Assembly: GCA_051294375.1 (NCBI GenBank)
Contig: CM119268.1
Location: 15,218,172 to 15,282,171 of the forward strand
Origin: Paraspadella gotoi
Lineage: Eukaryota > Animalia > Chaetognatha
Direction of reading: 5' to 3'
DNA length: 64,000 nucleotides
The notes under the pieces are model-generated. The model did not search any database, was not told the DNA's origin, and worked only from the letters and a program-made list of their open reading frames with translations. Positions 53,451 through 64,000 of the stretch are shown piece by piece. A program made the translations under genes and the position numbers. Within the stretch, counting starts at the first letter, position 1; every line of letters starts with the position of its first letter.

Positions 53451-56426
53451 ATGCCGGCGAAAGTTATCGTAATTCTTCTACTGACGATGGTGACAATGCC
53501 GCCTCACCGATGTGGAATCGCCAGACGGCCGCCGTCATGTTACGGAGACGACGAAGAAGACGACGACGCACGGGCAATGGTCTGCGCGTATCAGAACAAT
53601 CTGCAAATCGCGGGACCGGTTCGGACGACTGACGACTTTACGGAAGAAGATGTCCCGCTGATGAGTATGTCGACAAACCAACACGGCGGAGATGTTCGAG
53701 AATCCTAATGTTTCACAATATTGAATCTAAATTTTTAGTTCGAATTCCGCAACAATTTTCGATGAAAACAACCAACTAGTCAACCAGAAGACGAAGACGA
53801 CATATATCTGGTCGCGGAACTCTTCTCGGTACTGTATTACCGGACAATCGAACTATGCGATGCGCACTTCCTGCATTCTGGATGCTACACTTGGTGGAAG
53901 GTAGGAAACCATAGACGAGAATACGACTCTGGCAACCGTGCTGCGTCAAGGATGCTGGCAATGAAGGGTGCCATCTGTTCCAAAGACGTTTGCGTGCCAA
54001 CGACCAAGCAACAACGCATCATTTCGGCGAGACGCTTTGGTGTTGCTGCACTGAGCCAGATTGTAATTCGAATTTCAGCATTCCCTTTCTTCCTGATGTA
54101 GAAGAAGCACGGGCTGACTTGGCCGTCCAGTCAGACCCGAACTCTTTTGGAGAAGAAATGTGCTCATTATGGACCATTTGCATCGGTCGGCGGTCATATA
54201 TCGGGGATATGTCGCGTTGCAGTGTTAGCTTTGCTTCACGGAAATCTGGTCTCTTTTCCACCAAAGATGGCGAAGCAGGCTCTATGAGGAATTGAAGAAA
54301 AGTTTTGCTCCTCAATGGATCTAGATGAATTTAAAGCTGGTTGAGATGATCAGCCGTGGTCGCTATGCTACCGTTGGATTGGAACTTTGGGAAGAAAAGA
54401 TTGTAGCTGTAAAACTTTATTTGAAACAGTGAGTCGCAGCAATTATGAAAAGGATATTTACCGAAATCATGTACCTTAATGGAGAAAGAGATTTATACAA
54501 CTGTCCCTTCATGGAGTCATTCTATGCATCTTGGAGATTGATTGGTGGCAGAGAGAGGCTTGCCGTTGGACACAGGTTACGAATCTGAATGTCTCCTTGT
54601 CATGCCCTTGTCGCCAAAAATCTCTTCACTGAATATCTGTAAAACTAATATTTTAGAGATTGGGAGACCTTTAATCTCGCGGTTCTGTTCAAAATATTTC
54701 CCGCGGGCGTGGCTACACCTTCATACGGTATAAGGAAGGGAGAAAAGTACAAGCCGGCCTTGGCTCACCGAGATTTAAACACTCGCAACATCCTGTTCAG
54801 GAAGATTTGAACGCTGTGATTTGTGATTTTGGCTTTGGCCCAAAAGATATATGGATGTAAGATAATAAAAAATGGGCAGCTCGAGTTTAGCAGAAAACTC
54901 TGTGTTAGCCTGATGTTTGGGCGCCTCGGACGACATGAGGTACATGGCCCGCGAGCGTTTTAGATGGTGCAGTCAATCTCAGGACTGCGAATCCTCCCTT
55001 AAACAAATTGACATTTATGCACTCGGCCTGATATTTTGCGGAAGTCGCCATGCAGGTGTTCCGCGTTTATTTCAAAGTTTAAAAACGCCAGAAATACATG
55101 CTACCTTTTTCAGAAAGAACTGGCGACTTCACCCTACTTTGAGGAAATGCAATGACAGTGTCAAAAAACAAGAAACGACCTCGGTTTTCCCGAAGTGTGG
55201 AGAGATAACAATCTCGCGGTCAGAGCATTGAAGGAAACCATATGAGGATGCTGGATCAAGATGCCGAGGCAAGATTTAACTGCATTGTGCATAGAAGAAA
55301 GAATAAATGAAATGGAAAATTTATGGGACAAACAATTTGGAGGAATTGTACAGTCCACGACATGCATCATCAATCCAAGCATCTAATAAATCCTAATATT
55401 GAGCAAAGAATTTCTGCCAAAGCTTGCAAATATGGATTATAACGCCCTGTTAGCGGTACATCTACCATTGACAGAAATGGTAATGTAGTTGATTCCCTCT
55501 GTAATGCAAGAGAGAACAGAGTGTAAGTGAAAGTCCAGTTGGAACTTATGGTAAGTTTAAGTACGCCCTTTGACCACACTGGAAGGTCTACGGGTAGTTC
55601 AAGTAGTGGAAGTCAAGCTCCCGCTTTAAGACATCAAATGATGAACAGTTTTATGTTTCAAAAAAAATCTAGCCTCTGCTTAACCTCACCACGGAAGAAA
55701 TTTAACAATGGAACGCAATACACTGCATGTAAGAGCCCACAACGACCGGTCACCGTAAAGGGGAACACTTTGGTTGAGGGATCTAGCAGCAGTGGAGATG
55801 ATGACAGTTTTTCTCCCCCATTGCAAGTGACTTCAGAAATGTTTCATCAATTGCCAATAATCTAGAGTCATCATTGATAAACAGTGACATTCTTTCTAAC
55901 AGCAATGAACCTTTTATTCAAAAGCATGCCCCAAGTGCGCCTAAACAAGAAAACAAACAATCTAATAGCTTTCACAATCAAAGACCTGACTCCCTAAACA
56001 TTAGAAACCCAAGAGGCCAACAATGCTGGCACAATACGAGTGATAAATAATGATCAATATCAAAATGACAACCTCAAAGGACGGTTTTTATGGTGGAGAA
56101 AACAGGGGAAAGACATATATGCCGACCTTTTAGGCATAAAAAAAATCGTCCCCTATCCCTCAGTCATTGGAATGGAAATCAAACAATGCCCCTGTTGACC
56201 CGCAACCTCCTGTAAATCAGAACAACGTCTTGGACAATACCAGTGTGAAACAAATCGTTGGTGACCATCGGACGGGACGGGAAACTTTAAACCATCCACA
56301 GAACCACCATCAGCGCAGTGTCTCTGATGAAACTCTAACGTTCTCAAACTCATTACGAGTCCTCCGCGTAGCAACACCAGGATTCCTGCCGGCGAGCTGG
56401 AGAAGACAAAGCAATCAAGCGACCTC
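53451..56426 (+). pseudogene. BMPR2: Frameshifted, gap-truncated copy of BMPR2 (probably an uncorrected read)
   Basis: Reverse complement of 38922-36008; differences are mostly insertions rather than substitutions. Confidence 0.75.
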
Positions 56427-56451
56427 NNNNNNNNNNNNNNNNNNNNNNNNN
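56427..56451. other. Assembly gap (25 N)
   Basis: Run of 25 N. Confidence 0.99.
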
Positions 56452-57418
56452 TCCGCATTCGGGCACGCGTCGCCATATTTTTTTTTTTATTGTTTTTCGT
56501 TTTTCTTGTTTTTTGTTTTGAATGATGTCGTCCAAAGAAAGATCCACGGTCCATCGACGACATCTTGGCTTTTCAATATAAATATATTTACTGGAGTAAC
56601 TGAAAAATAGAAATCATTTGAAAAGAAATAATCAACATGAGTTTACAAGGTTAAAATTTTCGTATAATCAATGTTAAAGAGAAATATTTTAAACGAGAAA
56701 TAATTAGAATATGAACGATAAAAATATCATTACGACGAATACAATGTTTAACAGATATACATTAAACGAACTAACTGGTCTGAGAATCCTGGGAAAACAA
56801 AGCATTACCTTAAAATGAGTTGCACTAAAATATCACAGGTTTTTATCGGAGAGTTTTGTTAGTGCACGTGCAAGAGAAGTTTTTACTGATAAAATATTTT
56901 TTTTGAGTAATTCGCAGAGATCACCGTAATCACCAAAAGTAGAACAGCGTTTTTTTAAAAGAGATTTCTATTCGCGTAACGTTATATTGTTAGGCGTTAT
57001 AAGAGTAGTAAGAATACTGTTACGTGGTTAATAATGACCCATCAATCTAAAGACAGTAAGTACGAGGGAAACGGGAGCATATCGGCAGAAAAATTGTTAA
57101 AAGATAATTTCAGTAATGCTTAATGAAAGTTTTTAGTCGGATCTACTTATCAGCAGATTCCGAACCTCTAATAACTCCCCCCTACTTAATGTCAGGTCCG
57201 ATCGGGCTTATTGGCTGATAAATTTACTTTGTCATTGAGATAGCTTTTTTGGGGGATTTATTGTATTTTAATAAAAAAGAATATAGTCAATGGAGCAAAG
57301 GTTTTAATATTTACTTCGTTTTGGTATTAGCTTTGATTGTTTGATTTTGTTTGATTGTTTTTTTTTTTATTAAAGGTATGTTTGTAGAATTATTTTTTTG
57401 AAATTTGTCTTCTTACAG

Positions 57419-59111
57419 CCTCCCGCGTCCAACGTCCCTTTCCTCCGAATCGTCGTCCCGTCCAATCGTCACCCGCTTTTCGCGCCAACGTCGCCCAAAA
57501 GCAACGCGTCCTGGCGGCGTCGACCCGTCGCGCCGCAGAGCTAAAACGCGCCGCTCTTCTGCGTCTCAACGCCAAACGACGTCGCGGCGCCGGCGGTGAC
57601 GCGCGCGACGCTCTCTTGGCGAAGCGTCGCAAGATCCAAATCTTGAAAACTCTGTTGGCAATAGAAACGAAGCGAGGCGGAGCTGGCGGAACGGGCGGAA
57701 GAGCCGGGCGTGCCGGACGGGGCGCCAGCGTCGGTGGCAGGGGCGGACGGCTGCAGGGTCGTCTGGGGCAGACCCCGATCGGCAGAGGAGGCACCAGGGG
57801 AGGCGGTCGCGGCAGCGGCCTCTCCTCTTCTCTGCGTCAGAGACTGGGACAGAGAGGCGCGAGAGCGGCTGCTGCGGCGGGAAGGCGGCGCAGAGACGGC
57901 TCATGATGAATTTGACCCGTGGTTCGACGAGAGGCAACTTCACAACAACAACAACAACAACAACCGGATTAATAACAACAACAGAAATGATTTGCGAACG
58001 AGAAGACTTTCGGGTGAGAAAATGAGAAATAGAGAAAGAGGAAGAGAGAGAAAAAGAGGAAAAAGGAGACAGAGATAGTGGAATATCTGCTTAACCAAAT
58101 CTTCCTCTGGGCCTTCAATTTCCTCTATTGTTTAATCAGGCGGCGTTAGCGGCAGCGCCGGCGTTTTCTCTTCTTCATTTCGGAAATTGGATCGCGGATT
58201 CGGTTTCCGCTCCGACTACATGCAGCCGCAAAAGCAGACGCCTCAGCAGCAGCCGGCGTTTCGAGGACGGCAAGGTCTATCGCCCCGCGGCCGTGGTGGC
58301 GCCAGAGGGGCCGTCAGGGGCGGTCGCGTCGACGGCTGGACCGCAGTGGGGCCGGCGAGATCGGCGGCGGATCTCTTGACGGTGAAGATCGAAAACGACA
58401 AAATGGGCGTGGCTTCAAAGGCGGAGAAGAATCGCGCCAAGAGGGAAAGGCAGAGGATGAATCGCGGCGAAGGGTTGGAGGCCATTAAAAGTGAGAGAGG
58501 GGGGGGGTAGTATGGGTGATGACAATTCGATTTAATTTTTCAATTGATAATCATAAAGCTATTACGTTGTGTTACATTTATTTACGAAAATCTTTTTTTC
58601 CGATCGAGAATCGACTTCACATTTTTTTAAATTTTTTTTCAATTGATAATCATAAAGCTATTGTGTCACATTTATTTACGAAAATCTTTTTTTTCCGATC
58701 GAGAATCGACTTCACCTTTTTTTAAATCTTTGCCTCTCACCCTGTTTTGTTTTTCCAGACCAAATCCCGCCCGGCTACGCCCTCGTTCGTCAGGAAGACC
58801 TCGCCGCCTCCTCCTCCTCTTCCTCTCCTCCTCAGTCTTCCTCCTTCCCAACTTCCTACAAGGATTACCTCGCCCTCACCGCCGCCGCCAAACGCGCCGC
58901 CCCGCCCGCCGCCGACCCCGTCGCTCCGCCCAAAGGCCCCGCCGTGAAGGTGACGGCGCCGCGGCGAGCGACGGACTCCGCCAAAGCCAAAGACGTCGCG
59001 GGAATCGAAATCGATCCCGGAGTCTTTCGCAACATCGGAACCGGGAGAAGCGGGGGACTGAGCGCGCGCTTCCAAGGAGGGGAAGGTGGGGGGCGGTCGG
59101 TGTTTATGTGA
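57419..59111 (+). CDS. FYTTD1: Second copy of FYTTD1-like exons 2-4, in the likely true orientation and contiguous with unique downstream sequence
   Basis: Reverse complement of 43018-41340; the 3' UTR runs through 59325 into unique sequence. Part of exon 1 lies inverted at ~56470-56563. Confidence 0.65.
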
Positions 59112-59974
59112 AAGAGAGGGTTTTGAGGGGGGGGGGATGAACCGAGAAGAATGCTTTAGAGAAGATGTATTAGTTTGTTAAGGGCGGGAGGTTGGAACGA
59201 GAGAGGGGAATTCGACAAGATGTTTGTAATGTGACCGTCGTCAATCGAACGTATGGATGTATTGTTCGCTGAATTTTGAAAACCGCCCAATTTTTGGATA
59301 AATCTTGGACTTGTTCGGTTTGGATTTGTTTTTGTTTTGTCGTTCAACTTTGTTCGCTTTCTCTGATCCTAATTTGCAATCTCTCTCTGTTTTTATGCTC
59401 GGATTGAAGTAGTAAATCAATTTTTTTTATTTAATATTGTCGAATGTCGATGTATATAATTTCGTGCTGAATAAATCGTTGTTGAAACAGCGTCTACTTA
59501 TTTGCATATTAACAAGTTGAACAATTTTTTTAATTAGAACGATAGAGAGGGAAGCTTAAACTTTAAAATTGTTTGAAACTTTTCGACCCTGTCTTGCTTG
59601 AAAACTGTAAAAAACTTTATGGTATTTATATTACGTAAATAATTTTTAAAAAAATTAAAATTTCAAAAATTAAAACTTGTTATTCACATAATTATGACCA
59701 AAATTCGCTTGTGAATTCGTCTTTGCGTGACGACGCGTTTCTCGACATCCATATGACAACAAAAAATATCGTGACGAGAAAAGAAGAATTTCGATTTCTT
59801 CATCGCGACACTCGACTTCTTGAAAATTTTCCGGTCAGTTTGTCCAGGACTATTGAAAAAAATTGAATCAATATAAGCACTACAATTAGGAAATGTTTAA
59901 AATAAAAAATTTTGTTTATAAAATGTAATCTTTTTAAAACTAACCGGAACTATGGAACGTTTGCTGAGCTTGTT

Positions 59975-60017
<43 letters not shown>

Positions 60018-60218
60018 AAAGAAAAACAGAAAACAAAATTCCGGCGAATCTTAACATTTCTTTTTGGCTATTTTTTTTTTCTTTGGAGAGAAAACGGGAA
60101 ATCGAGTCTCGGATTTGATTTCCCACTCACGTTTCGACCGACGGATTCAAGAGTGAAACATTCGTTGCTACAGATTTATTCTATAGAATAAAAAAAATAG
60201 GTCAAAAACTGGATCAAA

Positions 60219-61507
60219 ATGGACGAAACTGAGAGCGTGGAGGAATCTGCGTTTATCGTTGACGAGGTAAAAACATTTAAAAAACGGTTTCTCACAAGAA
60301 AAATTATATAAAACAAAAACCAAAAAACGTTTTGTTTTCGTCAGGAAAAATAAATTAATTCGCATTTCTGCGCTAGATATAGAAATGAAACAGAAAAAAT
60401 AAATAAAACAAAAACGCATAAACTTTTTGTTCGTCAGTAAAAAGTATACGAAATTAGCTGACGTCGAAAAAAGTCTATTTAATCCAAATAGCCATAGCCG
60501 ATGAAATTTAAATGCTAAATGTATACAGCGTTAAAATATTCTATCATGTGCATTGAATATGGTATTAAAATATTTTTTGTCAAAAATGCTTTCTTCTGAG
60601 GGTACTTGCCTAATTTTTTGTCGAAATCTTACTATTTTTTTAGAGATTCTGATACAGCATAAAAAGTTAAACGTGAAATATAATTACCGCTTTTAAAAAT
60701 TATTATGTTTTCTAAGTAAAAATATATAAAAACCGATAAAATCATCGAAGGTTTTTCTTATTTTTGATACACTTATCATAAAAATATTTAAAAAATAATT
60801 ATACTTTGAATAGAAAACTGTTTATGAGCTATCTGTAACTGGTCTTAAAATTACAACAAATTTTAAAAAACTTTACGCCTTTGCTATCCATAAATAAATA
60901 TTAAAAAATTAAATACTAGGATATAGAGCCATATAAAAATTTGTTTGTCCATTGAAAGTGTTCTTAAAAATGTCTAAATATTCGTTTGAGCATGTACTCA
61001 CTCTAAATTCTTGACTCACCCCCTTGAGTTGGGCCACCCCTAATCCAAATCCTAAATCTGCATAATACAGGTAAGCGGGGTCATCAAAGAAGCCGTCGAA
61101 ACATCCATCGGTGGGAGCGCCTACGCCGCCGACCGCGTTAATCAGTGGACCTCCAACGTGGTCGAGGTCTGCCTCAATCGCCTCGTCAAGATGAAGAAGC
61201 CCTTCAAGTATATCGTCACCTGCACCGTCATGCAGAAGAATGGATCTGGACTTCACGCGGCCAGGTGGCATTGGTTGGTTAAAGAAAGATGAGCAAATCG
61301 AAAATGTCAGGGCTGGCGAAGGCGAAAATCAAAGGACTGTTTTTTATCTGTCTTGGCTCAATTGTAATCAACTATTAACTGCACTCTTTATATTTTTCTC
61401 CCCAAAGTTCTTGCTACTGGGACAGCGCCACCGACGGAAGCTGCACGATTCGTTGGGAGAACAAAACCATGTATTGCATAGTTTCTGTCTTCGGTCTCGC
61501 GTTGTGA
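60219..61507 (+). CDS. DYNLT1: Dynein light chain Tctex-type 1, 3 exons, 113 aa
   Basis: Exons 60219-60266, 61071-61264 and 61408-61507 give [16 protein letters not shown]|[18 protein letters not shown]...VNQWT...[23 protein letters not shown]|[32 protein letters not shown]. Confidence 0.95.
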
Positions 61508-62350
61508 AATGGTGATCGATTCAGGGACCGAAATTCATCTTATTGCGAACGTTCAGTTCATATTTAATTCGAGTGAATTTTTGTACCAACTACAATACCA
61601 TTCCTGCTTAGTTGGAAAATAATTTTCATGTTATTTTTTTATTCAACAAAGGTTTAACATAAATCATAAGACTTCAAAGTCAATTTTTAGTAAAATTAGG
61701 TTACAGTTATCGATCGTTGTGCCTTTTTCTCTTAATATAACTCTGTGGACTTCTTCTGTTCGTGACTCTTTTTGAGTTAAAAAGTTTTCATCAACTTTCT
61801 GCTCTTTACAAAAATCATATTGATTTATGAACAAAGGATTTGCTGAATTAAGAAATAATTTTGAATATAATATCAATTTATAAAATGTATACATGAAGTT
61901 TAAACTATACTGAATTACACGATATATATTACATATACTCAAAAAATATTGTGCCTCATGTTTACTTACCAATTATAATAATTATTCTCTTGTCACCAGT
62001 TTTTTAAACTCATATTTTGTCAACGATGATACTTCATTATATTTACTAATTTTATTCAATCAGATTTTGTCCTTTTTATAAAATTTTAAAGAAAATTAGT
62101 GTTTATAGCGTCGATTGACTTAGATTTGAGCTCTTACAGAATGTAGTATCTTATTAGTTATTTCGTCATAGCTTTTCTAAAATCGTAAACTAGCTCGTAA
62201 ACACATTTAGTTTTTATAGCCATTATAAACATTCCCTAAAAATGTCAGATTCATCAATGACTTAGCGTCTAAACCTTGAAATCTTTTTTTTTCTTTTGTT
62301 TTTTCTTTTCTTTTTTTCTCTTTTTGTATTTTTTCCGTCCGTCCCTGAAG

Positions 62351-63775
62351 ATGGAGTTGCAGTGCTGCTTCCCGAAGCCGGCGATCGTCGACGAGTGCAA
62401 CCAAATTCGACGGAATCTCGCCTGCATCGTGGTGCGACTCTTAACGCAACAGCTGATGTTGTTGAAGCTGTGTTTTTTTACTGAGGGTTATCCGTTATGA
62501 TTTCCCTTCTATTTCCCCGATATCCCCTTTTTAACGCGGTCCCACCCAGGATCCCTGCTGCCAAACTTGTCCGCCTTTCGAAGAGCACATGTTGCCGCCC
62601 GCGGGAATTCCCACCGCCGAAGGGGAGACGGTCGCTCAGTGTCTCAATTGGAAGAAACCAAATTGCATCGATCCTTGCAAAAGGTAGAGAGAAATTTATA
62701 TATTCACCAACATTGTTTCTTGTCTTTGTTTCTCGCCACTTTGTCACGAGGAAATAATTAGAGCGTATTGAAAGTGGCCGTTGGCTGTTGTGATTGTCTG
62801 AACCCGAAATCCCTACACTGCATTCTCCTCCAGTCTACCCCAAGACTGCAACATCAGCTGCAAAAGGATTCCACCGCTTCGCCCAACCTTTCCGACTTGC
62901 CCAACGAAGCGAGAGGATGGGATTCTCGGCTACAAGGGAGGAGCGGCGTCTATGGGCGGCGTCATCCTCGTTCCTCTGACGGGTCCAAGGTTAAATCGAG
63001 ATAATTATCAAAGATAAAGGTTTGGTTTGGATTCATTATTGATAGATATATTAGACTTCTTTAGAGATATTATTTGAAAAAATACCCTTTCATCTATGTA
63101 GTTGTACTCTTAAGATATTCAGAATTAATTTCTTGAACACATTTTGAAATAAAATTGGTTTCATGTAAATGGTATTATTTTATCTAGACAAAAGAACTCC
63201 CTTCATCTTTTCTTTTAGTTGCTCCCAACCTTCCAAGCCGGATTGCTGCCGTCCACCGCCTTGCTGCCCTCCTAAACCGTCGTGCTGTCCGCCTCCCAAG
63301 CCTTCATGCTGCCCTCCTCCCAAGCCGCATTGCTGTCCTCCTCCCAAGCCGCCTTGCTGTCCTCCTCCCAAGCCCCATTGCTGTCCCCCGAAGCCGCCTT
63401 GCTGTCCTCAACCCAAACCGCCTTGCTGCCCTCAGCCCAAACCCTGTTGTCCCGAAAAAAAGGCTTCTTGCCAGCCAACGCCCGTGACCATTCTACTTCC
63501 TGTTCCGTCCTCCAGGCACCATGACAATCACGACGACCATCACCATCACGATCACCATGACGATCACAAGCACCGAGACAAATGTGGCCACAAGAAACCG
63601 GAGAGCGACCGCAAGAGATCCAGTTGCTGCGTGGCTGTTCCTTTGCCCGGACCCAAGCCCTGCTCTCTGCCCATCGTCTTGTTGCAGATGGAGAAGGGGA
63701 AGAAAGGTTATCACGACGATTGCATCTCGAAAACCAAACAACAATGCGGCGACGATTGTCCCGAGTGCGCCATCG
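62351..63775 (+). CDS. Cys/Pro-rich repeat protein with a His/Asp tract; continues downstream
   Basis: Phase-consistent exons 62351-62431 (tentative), 62550-62683, 62834-62989 and 63219-63775 (ends at a GTGAG donor). Contains ~9 CCPPPKP-type repeats and HHDNHDDHHHHDHHDDHKH. Confidence 0.7.
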
Positions 63776-64000
63776 GTGAGTCGCGCCACATCTATCATTA
63801 TCTCTTTTTTTTTTCTGTTTCTGTTTTTGTCGTTGTTGAAAGTTTTTTTTTCGAGGGAAGTTTAATTGTTTTCTTTTTTGCAGTGTATCTTTTTTTATCT
63901 TAAAAATCACTTATAAAGTAGTCTATTGTTCTAAATCTCATATTTAACAAATCGCCCCTCGCCCGTAAACCCTTCACCCTCCCCCCTCATTTTCCGCACC

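Larger units (their letters stand above)
48101..56426. repeat. Redundant low-accuracy copy: forward ~43209-46246 continuing into reverse 41128-36008
   Basis: Colinear identity with dense small indels; the junction at ~51153 restores the intact PDZ gene. Confidence 0.9.

Noticed and set aside
53451-56426. Second BMPR2 paralogue or true pseudogene
   Set aside because: Insertion-dominated differences spread evenly over coding and non-coding flanks and ending at a 25-N gap look like raw long-read error.

Overview
Invertebrate animal genomic DNA with AT-rich introns, CpG-rich exons and many (GA)n/(GTC)n tracts. Genes I could rebuild by hand, left to right: (1) the 5' part of CFAP210/CCDC173 (-, runs off the left edge); (2) a divergently transcribed two-exon RIIa-domain (Sp17/CABYR-like) gene (+); (3) a 13-exon ADAMTS9/20/GON-1-type metalloprotease (-) with no GON domain; (4) after ~20 kb of gene-free, SSR-rich DNA, an intronless BMP type II receptor (BMPR2/wit, -); (5) head-to-head with it, a ~760-aa gene ending in a Par-6-like PDZ domain; (6) a FYTTD1/UIF-like mRNA export adaptor; (7) DYNLT1/Tctex-1; (8) a Cys/Pro/His-rich multi-exon gene. 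The stretch 41129-59325 is a tangle of inverted, indel-ridden copies of the BMPR2-PDZ-UIF block around two 25-N gaps. Its junctions suggest gap-filling blocks inserted in the wrong orientation, i.e. an assembly artefact. Untangled, it gives a compact BMPR2 / Par6-like PDZ / UIF / Tctex-1 cluster, which is the most interesting candidate system here. All family assignments come from recalled motifs; no searches were run.
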